A stretch of DNA of 45,960 bases, taken from positions 1 through 45,960 of IMG/VR virus record IMGVR_UViG_3300044712_000189. The stretch is one strand, 5' to 3'. The translations under genes and the position numbers were made by a program. The notes beneath the pieces were generated by a model, which was not told where the DNA came from, did not search any database, and saw only the letters and a program-made list of their open reading frames with translations. Of the stretch, positions 15,783 through 25,004 are shown piece by piece. The DNA is from a virus. Numbering within the stretch: the first letter of the stretch is position 1; each line of letters starts with the position of its first letter.

Positions 15783-16528
15783 TACGGAACCGCAGTAATC
15801 CCATACTGCCGGGAGGCATGAGCCCCGATCCAAGCGAGCCTAGCCAGCCCGTCCTTATCAGAGAGCGTACCGGCCTTCTTCCACGCGCGCTCGGTAAGTG
15901 GACCCCACGTACCAGGAGCAGACGAGTAATCAAGGTCGATACTTGGAATACTAGCGAGAGCCTTCTGGACCTGTAAGACGTCGGCGTTCTTTTTGCCATA
16001 TCCACAATTGGCATAACGCACGAGGTCATGGGACTGCCACAAAAGGTCAGGCCGCCAAATAACGACGTTGTTCTTACCGTCGTTTGCCATGTAAGCGTAT
16101 CGGGTATTGATATCGTAATTGCCACCCCACATAGCAGCGATGTGCAGGTGGGGACCTGTAGCGTTACCCGTCTGACCTGACAGACCTAACTTCTGCCCGG
16201 CTACAACGCGCTGACCCTTCTTAACTTGCGTGTCAAACAAGTGCTGATAATACAGCGTTGCATACCGACCCTTGTAAAGCACCCGAAGCAGGACCCAATT
16301 ACTAGGTGACCCTACAGGCTGCTGGCCGGGCTTATTACCGGGCTTACCAGGAGTGTAATCAACCACTCCATCCCGGCAGTCTAAGACAAGACCCGCTCGC
16401 GCTGCGAATAACGGAGTCTTTTCCTTCATCGTGTAGTCGAGAGCAAAGTGGTCGCCACCGTTGCTGTAGCGCCAACCTGCACTGATAAACTTAAGGTCCT
16501 CAGGAGGCGCAGGAGTAGAGACATACAT
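15782..16528 (-). CDS. M23 peptidase endolysin with a C-terminal peptidoglycan-binding domain
   Basis: M23 motifs are GQTGNATGPHLHIAAMWGG. The C-terminus VLQVQKALASIPSIDLDYSSAPGTWGPLTERAWKKAG resembles PG_binding_1. Confidence 0.88.
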   Translation of the reverse strand: MYVSTPAPPEDLKFISAGWRYSNGGDHFALDYTMKEKTPLFAARAGLVLDCRDGVVDYTPGKPGNKPGQQPVGSPSNWVLLRVLYKGRYATLYYQHLFDTQVKKGQRVVAGQKLGLSGQTGNATGPHLHIAAMWGGNYDINTRYAYMANDGKNNVVIWRPDLLWQSHDLVRYANCGYGKKNADVLQVQKALASIPSIDLDYSSAPGTWGPLTERAWKKAGTLSDKDGLARLAWIGAHASRQYGITAVP

Positions 16529-16869
16529 TACTGACCAGCCTCCGCAATAACCTCGTTCATCGCAGCCTCAGTCTCGTCAACCTCAGGCGGTAAAATAGCA
16601 GGAGCCTCAATCTCGTCAGGAGGCCTAATCACCCGCTCAGGATCGACCTTAAAGCCGAAGTCCAGATCACCAGGGTTAATCATCTTAAGCAGGGCAGCGA
16701 TGATAGCAGTCTTGACCGCATCGTATAATGCGGACGTGTCCTTGCCGTCGTTGAGATACCAAGTAAAACCGGCAGCAGCACCGACAGTAATCAGAGTCCT
16801 AATCCAGCGCGGGATCTTGTTCCAGATCACCGACCACCAGGCTAGAATCTGGATGAACTTCTCCTTCAT
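16528..16869 (-). CDS. Membrane protein (putative holin)
   Basis: It has two hydrophobic segments (ILAWWSVIW, LITVGAAAGFTWYL). Its stop codon overlaps the endolysin start. gaagg lies upstream of ATG 16869. Confidence 0.65.
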   Translation of the reverse strand: MKEKFIQILAWWSVIWNKIPRWIRTLITVGAAAGFTWYLNDGKDTSALYDAVKTAIIAALLKMINPGDLDFGFKVDPERVIRPPDEIEAPAILPPEVDETEAAMNEVIAEAGQ

Positions 16870-16908
16870 CCTTCTATCCTTACTCTTAAAATTACTAGCG
16901 TTTCCCGG

Positions 16909-16937
16909 TTGCGCCCGGTGTATGCCTCCGCTACCCT
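16909..16937 (+). promoter_or_regulatory. Candidate promoter TTGCGC-17-TACCCT for the antisense small ORF
   Basis: -35-like at 16909-16914, 17-nt spacer, TAnnnT hexamer at 16932-16937, about 25 nt upstream of ATG 16962. The match is weak. Confidence 0.25.
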
Positions 16938-16961
16938 GGTGGTAACGAAAGGAGGTCGGCC

Positions 16962-17078
16962 ATGATCCGCACCGTACCCGTAGGCAAGGGAGTCGTTGTG
17001 CTTGGAGAGTCCAAGCCGACCGTTACTTCCATTAAGAGTGGTAAGGCTACTATCGTCTTTATTACGAAGGCTGCTTAA
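16962..17078 (+). CDS. Small ORF (38 aa) oriented against the late operon
   Basis: MIRTVPVGKGVVVLGESKPTVTSIKSGKATIVFITKAA. A strong AAGGAGG (16949-16955) lies 6 nt upstream of the ATG. It sits in a 284-nt gap and is followed by the hairpin at 17118. Confidence 0.35.
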   Translation: MIRTVPVGKGVVVLGESKPTVTSIKSGKATIVFITKAA

Positions 17079-17117
17079 CTACTACTCACAACCCCAGACA
17101 TAACCTACCCTTCCCCG

Positions 17118-17153
17118 CTAGTAGCCCCGTCCCCTAAGGGACGGGGCTACTAG
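17118..17153. terminator. Perfect 16-bp hairpin between the structural and lysis genes (could act on either strand)
   Basis: ctagtagccccgtccc (17118-17133), loop ctaa, gggacggggctactag (17138-17153). It directly abuts the stop codon of the SLT gene (17154-17156). Confidence 0.65.
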
Positions 17154-17768
17154 TCATTTCTGGATGCGTGCGGCTGCGGCACTTTGTCGCATACTGTTCG
17201 CAGTCTCACCAGGGAATTGATTGTAATACTTCATGTAAGCGTTATAGTGCTTTTGCCAACTAGCACGATTGCGCTTGTAGTTATACCCACTCTCGTCAAT
17301 GTCCCAAGCACTCCAACCGCCGCGGGACATTTGGCGTGCTACACGGGCATTGACTGTGGGGTCTAGTAAGTCGCGTTCAGACTTAAGGCCAAACTGCTTC
17401 ATGCGTGCTTTACCCAGGCTACCCAGCATATTAATCTGGAAGAGCCCGTAACTACGGTCGCCCGTTGCAGCGTTGCCATTAAAGGCGCCCGGCCTACCGC
17501 CGGACTCGCGCATCGCTACAGCCCAAGCCTTCCGTAAATCTTCGCCCTGGAAGCCTGCTTGCTTAAGCCAGTTCATTAGTTGCCCACCTGTAGCGGGAAC
17601 CTGGCTAGTGCGAACGGGAGCCGAGGGCACTACAGAAGGAACACTAGGGTCCCTCTCAATTAGCTGCTTAACAATCTTGTTATTAGTAGAGATACGCGCT
17701 TGCGCTGCCTTGTGGGCTGCCGCGAAATCGAAGCCGCCCTCGTTACCGGCTGTAGGCATATTAGCCAT
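17154..17768 (-). CDS. Lytic transglycosylase (SLT domain)
   Basis: Track ORF 17154..17840 trimmed to ATG 17768 (GGAGGT immediately upstream; ATG 17759 is also possible). SLT motifs are AMRESGG and GLFQIN. Confidence 0.85.
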   Translation of the reverse strand: MANMPTAGNEGGFDFAAAHKAAQARISTNNKIVKQLIERDPSVPSVVPSAPVRTSQVPATGGQLMNWLKQAGFQGEDLRKAWAVAMRESGGRPGAFNGNAATGDRSYGLFQINMLGSLGKARMKQFGLKSERDLLDPTVNARVARQMSRGGWSAWDIDESGYNYKRNRASWQKHYNAYMKYYNQFPGETANSMRQSAAAARIQK

Positions 17769-18333
17769 ACCTCCGAATAGACACAGGCTTAGCGTACACG
17801 TTAACCTCACCAATGTTCTTTCCCGGTCGCGGAGCCTCAAGCATCCTCCCGTTACCTAAGTAGATAGCAACGTGGTCAATGCCTCGGTACGTGTCGCGGG
17901 GTCCTAAGTCAAAGAATAAGAGGTCGCCGGGTTGCGCGTCCTTAAGTGACCCTACAGCCGATCCGCCTTGTGCTTGCTTGCCACTGAGAGCCGGAACAGT
18001 AATACCGAGAGCCTCTTTAAGAACATATGCGGTATATCCTGAACAGTCCATACCGCTTTTTGGAGTACGACCGCCGGCAACATAAGGGACTCCAACGTAC
18101 TTTCGCGCAACGTTGATAATCGAGCCATTACCCGCACCGCCTCCCCCGACTGTGGCGACGGACCCAATACCTTCCGTACTGAGTCCGCCGCCAGTAGCCT
18201 CTGCCGAGCCTAAACTTGCAGCCTCGGTCATAAGAGTCTTATTCTTTGCTTGTCGCTTAGCACTACTTGCGTGAGCCTGAGTCAGTAACTTAAAGAACTC
18301 ACCCTGAGGTTGGCTTTGGGGGGAGGGCTCCAT
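17761..18333 (-). CDS. NlpC/P60 cysteine peptidase
   Basis: The catalytic Cys is in GMDCSGYTAYV and the His is in HVAIYLGNG. GGAAGGAGAAGG lies upstream of ATG 18333. Confidence 0.85.
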   Translation of the reverse strand: MEPSPQSQPQGEFFKLLTQAHASSAKRQAKNKTLMTEAASLGSAEATGGGLSTEGIGSVATVGGGGAGNGSIINVARKYVGVPYVAGGRTPKSGMDCSGYTAYVLKEALGITVPALSGKQAQGGSAVGSLKDAQPGDLLFFDLGPRDTYRGIDHVAIYLGNGRMLEAPRPGKNIGEVNVYAKPVSIRRYG

Positions 18334-21300
18334 ATGCCTTCTCCTTCCGCTTAATAAGCTCAGACTGAATCGTCTTGCTGTTATTCTGCGTAAACGTAAT
18401 ACCTGTCAGGAACGATGCTAACTGCTCAGGTGTACCGCTTCCGCTCAACTGCTTCGATGCCATATTACTCTGCGGGAACAGTCCAGTCAAGGCATCCTTT
18501 AAGTTAAAGTCCTGACCGTTCATACGCTGTCCTGATGCTGCTTCGATACCTAACTTAATTCCAGGGTGAAGCATACCGAGCGCCGTGTCACCGGGAGAGC
18601 CAATAGCACGGAGCGCGTCATAGGGAAGTGCGATACCAGCGTAAGTAGTTGATCCGTCTCCCGACATAATCGGAGCCAGCATACGAGCCTGAATCCACTC
18701 GGGAGTCACAATATCAGGAGTAGTACCACCGTAACCAGCAGCCACACCAACTGCGTTAGCAGCCTTCGGGTACAGCATCAACTTACCGGGCTGACTAAAC
18801 AGTGCCTCTGCCATAAGCGGGAACGCCTTACGAGTCCACTTATAGAACGGGAACACTCGGGCGAACAGTAACTTCTCCGTCATAGTGAAGTCAGAGTAAT
18901 CGAAGTGGAACTTACGGACTCGGGCTCCTGCCTCAGCAGATGCCTTCTCAATGTCCTTAATAGGCGACTTTCGCAGTACGTCAATGAAATGGGCCATTCT
19001 GAACACGTCCTCGCGTGCCTCAGAAAAGTGCAGGATGCCTCGGTTAGCAGCAGACGCCTTCTGACCAGCCTTACTAGCACCGAACGAGCCCGGAGTCTTA
19101 AAGACTGCCGAGAATTCTGTGTTAGTGTAACCGCTCAGTAAGCCTTCGTTAACGTAAGCAGCCCACACGTCACCCATCGTGTAGTCTTGCCCGTTCTTAC
19201 GGAACAGAACAGTCTTGTAACTCTCCGGCAGTCCACCAGTACGCTTAGCCGCGCGGTAAGACTCCATCATGTTAGGCTGTCCCATAGCCTTAATTAATGG
19301 GTCATTAGGGTCAGTTAGGTTACGGAACTTCTTGATCGTACGCAGAGCCATACGGTGAGACTGTACGCCGTGCACACCTTGCACACCATCCAGCCAACTA
19401 ACGAAGATATCTCCGAAAGTGTTGCGGCTGTGGAAGCCCGGGTTGTAAACGGTAACGATACGCTTCCATGCCTGCGTAATCTTACCGGCGTACTCACCAA
19501 ACTCTTCCATGCGTTGAGAACTACTCAGCAGTTCCTTAACCTTGTCCAGTTGTGCAGCAGTCTCAGGATCGAAGATGAAAGCCTCGTTACCTAACTTGTG
19601 GGGCCGGTAACCATGCTCATTAATAAGTCGTTCCGCTACAGGATCGTAGACAGTTAACTTCTTACCATCCTTACCGTACCGCCCGGCCGACATACCAAAA
19701 TTCTGAACGATAGACTCGACGGTAGCCTTTCGAGCGAGAGCCTTCTCTGTAGCAATCTGCAAGTCCCAGATTAACTCTACAGGGTCCATGTTCTTAATGT
19801 TGGACTCGTTGAGAGCGTTGATTAGCCAATCAACAGAATCGCTAACCTCGTCCGGCTCGAAATAACGACCCTTAAGAGTGTACGGCTCCTTGCGCTTTCC
19901 GTACCTTAACTTGTTCTGACCAGGGAGCCACATGTTAACTTCGTCAAGGCTTAACGGCTCTCGCATACCAGGGAATGCCTGGGACGAGAACTTATCAGCG
20001 ATTAACTTAAGTTCGTTATGTAACTCGGTCACAAGTTGCGGGTTAGAGTAGGCGTGCATATCCGTACGTGTTAACTGCTGCCACGCTTCCATACGCTCAG
20101 ACGGCTTGTAGTGCTGGAACGTCTGCTGGATGCGCTGTCCGTTACGTGCGATTAACTCGTTCGTCCTGCCAGCCTCACGCGCTCGGATTCGGGCAAGACC
20201 CTTATCTAAACCTGCGCTGCTAACGAGAATCTTATTGTAAATCTTCACGCTAGTGGCAACAACGTTAGCCTTATACGCGGTGTCAATAAGCTTCGACACT
20301 AACTCGGGCATCGCTAAAGACGCTACAGCAGGTCCGTTACCCATGAATCCGATTCGCACAGCGAAGGCCCGGCGAGCCTCTAACGTCATGGACTTCTCCA
20401 TGAGGTCAATGGCCGTAACCATAACCTGCTTGCTGACTTCCTCAGCGTGCTGAGTAGCCTGCATCTGTAAGTCTCGGACAACCTTGTTGTTGCTCGTAAC
20501 AATGCTGTCAATGTCTCGCGGCTCTGCGCCAAGTTGCTTCTTAAGCGTCGGCTTGTAGGATTCGCCAAAGTGAAGGATACGGCTGTCCTCAGGAAGTAAC
20601 TGAGTAAAGTCGTGGATCACCGAGGGATCAGTAACGCCTGCTTCCTTAAGGAAGGCAGCCGCTTCATCAGCCGTTAACTCTCCGTTGTTAATACGGTACT
20701 GTAATTCGCGGCGCAGGTTCTCAAGCGTCTTGTTAACCTTACCTGAGACCTTAGAGCCTAACTCGCCCTTAGCCTTGAGCGCGTTAACAGCACCACCAAG
20801 GTCACCAGCGTCTACAGCCGTTTCGGCGGCAACGTCAGCAGCCTTAGTGGCCTTACGCTCGTCGTTGTAGACCTTCGCATACTGAGCCGCAATAGTCCGC
20901 CAATTCTTAACCTTGCGATACTTAGCTAACCTGCTAACCTCAGGAAGATTAATGTCATTCATCGTGGCGAGGATATGGTCAGTAGCACGCTCGCTAATTC
21001 GCATATCCACGTCGTCAATCTGAGACTTAAGCCGCTCAGCCTTAGCCGCGTACTTCGGCTCCTTCTTAGCCTGAGCCGCGTAAGTCTTGTATTGCTTCCA
21101 AAGATTATTACGAGTAATCTGCAGCGTAGCAATCTCAGGATCAGACTCGATCATACGGGTGACTGCTTGATGAATCTCGGGGTTCCTCATATCAATAGGA
21201 ACCTCGTCGATTAACTCACTTAACTTCTTGTCGATCCCATCAATCTTCTTGTTAAGATGAGTAAAGTCGTCACCGCGAGTCTTGGCTACAGAACGAAGTG

Positions 21301-22537
21301 ACTCTAAACGAGCCTTCTCCTGGCGAAGCATACGAATGTGACCGATAGCCTCAGCCTCAGGCATAGTGAGCGCAGGGTACTTAAGAGTCTCCATCACCAG
21401 TTGCGGGTGAAGGTCTACAGGGTTAACGACTAACCCATCCTTCATGGCAGCCTGTAATAACTCTTGATACTTCTGATCGCGTAACCACGTCTTCATCACT
21501 ACAGAAGTAGACTCGATGAAGGCACTTACGATCTTCTTATGCTGCGCCTTGTAGTCTAAGCCAATCTTTGCCATATCCTTCGCGCGCTCAGGATTGTCAA
21601 TGTTGGCCGTAATGAACCGAGCGATATCCTTAGGGTTAGAGAAGTCCATAACGTCAAGTTGATCTAAGTAGTTAGGGTCGGTGATTCCACCTTCCTCAAA
21701 CCGCTTAGTGATCGCCTCGCGGACCTTCTCACTCCGAGCAAGTCCCTCGTCGCCCTTAAAGCCCTTCGCAATTAAGGCTGCAGTCTTATCAGCCTCGCCA
21801 GCAGTCTTTCCTGCTGTAGCAACAACCTGCTTACTGACTGACTTAATAGCGCCCACGCCAATGTAGGACGTCGGGTCCATAGCCACGTCAAGAGCGAAAC
21901 CCAGCACACCCTTAGCAATATCAGGCATATCCGGGTGCGCCTGGTCTAAGTTTTCAGACCACGTAGTCTTCTTATACCCAGCAAAGCCGTCCCACATCGC
22001 TTGACCGTGGGTAAACGACTTCCAGAAACTAGAACCGATAATAGGAATGTACGCCATATCGTTAATGTCAGTATTGCGAGGACCACCAGCCTTCTGATCC
22101 TCAGTAATCTGCTCATTAAACGCACTGGCAATCGCGTACATCGGTCGGCTAAGAATATCAAAGACGCGCGTAATAAAGTTGGGATCAGCCTCAGTCTGTC
22201 CGGCCTTAGCCATAGCAGCCGAAGTCTGATCGTAGAGTGCCTGAACCTTAGGATCTAAGTCGTTACGGTTAATGCCCTTAAGTTGCTCAGGAGTCCTAAT
22301 ATCACCAACAGCCTGAAACTGATGGAACAACTTATCGTTCTCACTGACAGTCTTGATAATGTCGAATGAAGACGCGCCAACAGCCGGGGTGGCTAAGTTA
22401 CCACCCCGGCTGCGAGCAGCGACTGTGTTGGCGACCAGGATATCTAATGGGCTCGCATAGAAGTTAGACCAATAGGCGTAACTGTGCGGCTTATAGAGAG
22501 GGGCACCCACAGGCTTGTTGCTAGGCATACTTGACAC
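18299..22537 (-). CDS. Very large virion protein (1412 aa), putative internal/ejection protein
   Basis: A single uninterrupted ORF. It lies between tail genes and virion-type hydrolases, analogous to T7 gp16. No catalytic motif was recognised by eye, so the function is inferred. Confidence 0.8.
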   Translation of the reverse strand: MSSMPSNKPVGAPLYKPHSYAYWSNFYASPLDILVANTVAARSRGGNLATPAVGASSFDIIKTVSENDKLFHQFQAVGDIRTPEQLKGINRNDLDPKVQALYDQTSAAMAKAGQTEADPNFITRVFDILSRPMYAIASAFNEQITEDQKAGGPRNTDINDMAYIPIIGSSFWKSFTHGQAMWDGFAGYKKTTWSENLDQAHPDMPDIAKGVLGFALDVAMDPTSYIGVGAIKSVSKQVVATAGKTAGEADKTAALIAKGFKGDEGLARSEKVREAITKRFEEGGITDPNYLDQLDVMDFSNPKDIARFITANIDNPERAKDMAKIGLDYKAQHKKIVSAFIESTSVVMKTWLRDQKYQELLQAAMKDGLVVNPVDLHPQLVMETLKYPALTMPEAEAIGHIRMLRQEKARLESLRSVAKTRGDDFTHLNKKIDGIDKKLSELIDEVPIDMRNPEIHQAVTRMIESDPEIATLQITRNNLWKQYKTYAAQAKKEPKYAAKAERLKSQIDDVDMRISERATDHILATMNDINLPEVSRLAKYRKVKNWRTIAAQYAKVYNDERKATKAADVAAETAVDAGDLGGAVNALKAKGELGSKVSGKVNKTLENLRRELQYRINNGELTADEAAAFLKEAGVTDPSVIHDFTQLLPEDSRILHFGESYKPTLKKQLGAEPRDIDSIVTSNNKVVRDLQMQATQHAEEVSKQVMVTAIDLMEKSMTLEARRAFAVRIGFMGNGPAVASLAMPELVSKLIDTAYKANVVATSVKIYNKILVSSAGLDKGLARIRAREAGRTNELIARNGQRIQQTFQHYKPSERMEAWQQLTRTDMHAYSNPQLVTELHNELKLIADKFSSQAFPGMREPLSLDEVNMWLPGQNKLRYGKRKEPYTLKGRYFEPDEVSDSVDWLINALNESNIKNMDPVELIWDLQIATEKALARKATVESIVQNFGMSAGRYGKDGKKLTVYDPVAERLINEHGYRPHKLGNEAFIFDPETAAQLDKVKELLSSSQRMEEFGEYAGKITQAWKRIVTVYNPGFHSRNTFGDIFVSWLDGVQGVHGVQSHRMALRTIKKFRNLTDPNDPLIKAMGQPNMMESYRAAKRTGGLPESYKTVLFRKNGQDYTMGDVWAAYVNEGLLSGYTNTEFSAVFKTPGSFGASKAGQKASAANRGILHFSEAREDVFRMAHFIDVLRKSPIKDIEKASAEAGARVRKFHFDYSDFTMTEKLLFARVFPFYKWTRKAFPLMAEALFSQPGKLMLYPKAANAVGVAAGYGGTTPDIVTPEWIQARMLAPIMSGDGSTTYAGIALPYDALRAIGSPGDTALGMLHPGIKLGIEAASGQRMNGQDFNLKDALTGLFPQSNMASKQLSGSGTPEQLASFLTGITFTQNNSKTIQSELIKRKEKAYGALPPKPTSG

Positions 22538-23972
22538 CCATATACGTATCGTAGGCGTTAATCAGGTACTGCATGTTCGTTGCGTTCGCTTGATCCGGGG
22601 CATTAGCAGCGAGCCAGTTGCCCATCGCATCAATTGCCTTAGCGCGTTCCTTAGGATCATTAAAATTAAAATCCTCGGAGCGCAGTGCAATACCAAACGC
22701 AGTCGTCAGCAGTGAACTAAGTTGCGGACTACCAACCCGAGTAGGCTGTAAGGAAGCATAGGCGCCAGAACGGTTATACGTAATATCGCCGCTGCTACTT
22801 CCGCCACTTGCCTTGTTACCCGCGTTGATGATCTTAAGCTTCTCAAGTTCTAACGTAGCCTGACGGTACGCCTGATCCGCGTTAAACTTATCCTGACTAA
22901 GATTAAACTTACTGACCGCTAACGAATTCATAAACTGCTGCTGCAGCGCCTCTTGCTGACGGTCGTAAGCCTGCTGCTCTAACTGTTGGAGATACTGCTT
23001 CTCCATCGTCGAACGCTGCATTTCCAGGTTCGTCAGTTGGTTGCCGTACTCCGTGTCTTGAGCAAGTTGGCCCTTGACTAACTCATTAAGAGCGTTGTTG
23101 TTAGCAGTCGTGAAATTAGCATTAGTCTGGACTCCCAGCCCCTTCTCAGCATCACGAATGAAGTTGCCCGTACCAGCAGCGTTACCTGCTTGAGCCGAAA
23201 TCATAAGTGCTGCGTTCTGCCTGTTAGTCTGGGCAAGCATGGTAGCAAAGTTACCATCGGCACCTGCCTGACTTTCTACAGGAGCCGCTAGACCCAGCCG
23301 AGCAGCCTCAGCATTAACCTTGTCAACAGATTGCTGAGTGTTAGAGGTAAGAGAATTAAGTAAGTTAGAGTAGTTTTGGTCAACCTGCTGAGCAGTGTTA
23401 GCATACGCACCCGCCGTCTCTTGCTGACGTGCTGCCAGCATTTGATCCAGGTTCTGATACAAGTAATCAATGTCGTGGCTAACTTGCTTACCACGCTTTT
23501 GATTCTGTGCCTGTAAGTCTGCTTGCTGCTTATCAAACGCAGCCTGCTGATCCCTAATAGCCTTTAACTTAGGGTCTAACTCTGCCGCAACCGCTTCCTT
23601 AGCCTGCTTCTTAGGATCACTAGCAGACGTAGCAGTGGTACTCTTAGTAGATCCAGACTTAGTGCTACCACCCTTAGTGGTGCTGCCGCCCTTAGTAGCC
23701 CCGGAAGTATTAGTTCCCTTGCCACCTGTATAGCGCGTACTAGTAGTAGAGTGCTTAGTAGGCTTAGACGGCTTCTTCTTCTTTTTCTTGACTCCGGTAT
23801 AACCGGCCCCCTTGCCCCGCCAACCTTGACCCTCATAGTCCTTGTTAGAAGTGCTAGAAGAGGACTTCTTATTCTTAGTATCAAAGGGGGACTTAGGCCC
23901 GTTGTAGATAAAATTACTAAACTGGCTAAACGGAGTGCTCTTAGAGCCACCTTCACTACTGCCTGTAGGCAT
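22521..23972 (-). CDS. Gln/Ala-rich virion protein (483 aa) with a basic low-complexity N-terminus
   Basis: AAGGAGGTG lies upstream of ATG 23972. The N-terminus contains KKKKKPSKPTKHSTTSTRYTGGKGTNTSGATKGGSTTKGGSTKSGSTKS, followed by long Q-rich helical segments. Confidence 0.8.
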   Translation of the reverse strand: MPTGSSEGGSKSTPFSQFSNFIYNGPKSPFDTKNKKSSSSTSNKDYEGQGWRGKGAGYTGVKKKKKKPSKPTKHSTTSTRYTGGKGTNTSGATKGGSTTKGGSTKSGSTKSTTATSASDPKKQAKEAVAAELDPKLKAIRDQQAAFDKQQADLQAQNQKRGKQVSHDIDYLYQNLDQMLAARQQETAGAYANTAQQVDQNYSNLLNSLTSNTQQSVDKVNAEAARLGLAAPVESQAGADGNFATMLAQTNRQNAALMISAQAGNAAGTGNFIRDAEKGLGVQTNANFTTANNNALNELVKGQLAQDTEYGNQLTNLEMQRSTMEKQYLQQLEQQAYDRQQEALQQQFMNSLAVSKFNLSQDKFNADQAYRQATLELEKLKIINAGNKASGGSSSGDITYNRSGAYASLQPTRVGSPQLSSLLTTAFGIALRSEDFNFNDPKERAKAIDAMGNWLAANAPDQANATNMQYLINAYDTYMGVKYA

Positions 23973-23983
23973 AAGCCACCTCC

Positions 23984-24991
23984 TTACTTACCCGGAATAA
24001 CTAACTTGGAACCGGAGTAGATACGCCAGTCCCGACTTGCAAGGTTGGGGTTTGCCTTCTTTAAGGCAGCCAGAGAAATGTTGTAACGCTTAGCAATTGC
24101 CGCAAGGCTATCGCCCGACTTGACAGTATACTTAGTAGGCGTCGCAGTCTTAGGTGCCGTAGTCGTAGTCTTAGGCGGCGTAGTAGGTCGCGGTGCAGGA
24201 CGAGGCGTAGGCGTCGTTCCTCCCGGACCAGGGTTAGTGTGAATGTTACCGCTCCCGCTAGTCCCTCCCGTAGCGGGAGGCGTCGGAGTATCAGGTAACT
24301 TATCAATAGGACCAGCGTTAGGATCGTTGGCGATCTTCTCAGCTAAACGACGAGCGGCTTCGCGGTAGATAGCCTCCATCGTACTATCGAGTGCCGACTT
24401 ACCCTGAATCTCTTGACCTTGAGCATTGTTGAGTGCAGCCATGAAGCGCGACTCAATGTCAGTCTTAAGGTTGTTAAAATATTGCTGGGTCTTATCAATT
24501 TGAGTTACGTAGCCGCTGCTTCGCGCCATGCCTCGATAAGAGGCGTTGTTAATATCGCGGCGCTGCTGGTCAACCTCGCCGGTCTGTGCGTCACGTAAAC
24601 CTACCACACGATTCTGAGCAGCAGCGTTACGCTGAGCAGCGATCTGAGTAAGTAAGTCCTGATACTGTGAATTCTGCTGAATACCTTGTAACTGCAAGTC
24701 GTAGTCAACAGGCATCTTCCAACTAATAGCACCAGTCGTACTAGCCTGAGTAGGACTCGGAGTCTGAGTAGGAGCCACTACAGCAGATTGTTGTGTAGTC
24801 TGCTGAGTGTCATTCCTTAACGTAGACAGAGCACCTGCGGCCACCCCGGGAGTGTAACTACCAGGGCTAGGCGTGTTCTCTAATGACCTGTCGATATAAC
24901 CCATAGGGTCCACAGCGCCTTGAGTCGCTGCACTGCTACCGCCGTTGTATACCTTATCCCCTGCGGCGTAGGGGTTCGATTCGCCTGCCAT
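23984..24991 (-). CDS. LysM-domain virion protein
   Basis: AAGGAGGG lies upstream of the ATG. The C-terminal LysM motif is YTVKSGDSLAAIAKRYNISLAALKKANPNL, preceded by a Pro/Thr-rich linker. Confidence 0.85.
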   Translation of the reverse strand: MAGESNPYAAGDKVYNGGSSAATQGAVDPMGYIDRSLENTPSPGSYTPGVAAGALSTLRNDTQQTTQQSAVVAPTQTPSPTQASTTGAISWKMPVDYDLQLQGIQQNSQYQDLLTQIAAQRNAAAQNRVVGLRDAQTGEVDQQRRDINNASYRGMARSSGYVTQIDKTQQYFNNLKTDIESRFMAALNNAQGQEIQGKSALDSTMEAIYREAARRLAEKIANDPNAGPIDKLPDTPTPPATGGTSGSGNIHTNPGPGGTTPTPRPAPRPTTPPKTTTTAPKTATPTKYTVKSGDSLAAIAKRYNISLAALKKANPNLASRDWRIYSGSKLVIPGK

Positions 24992-25004
24992 TCTACCCTC
25001 CTTC

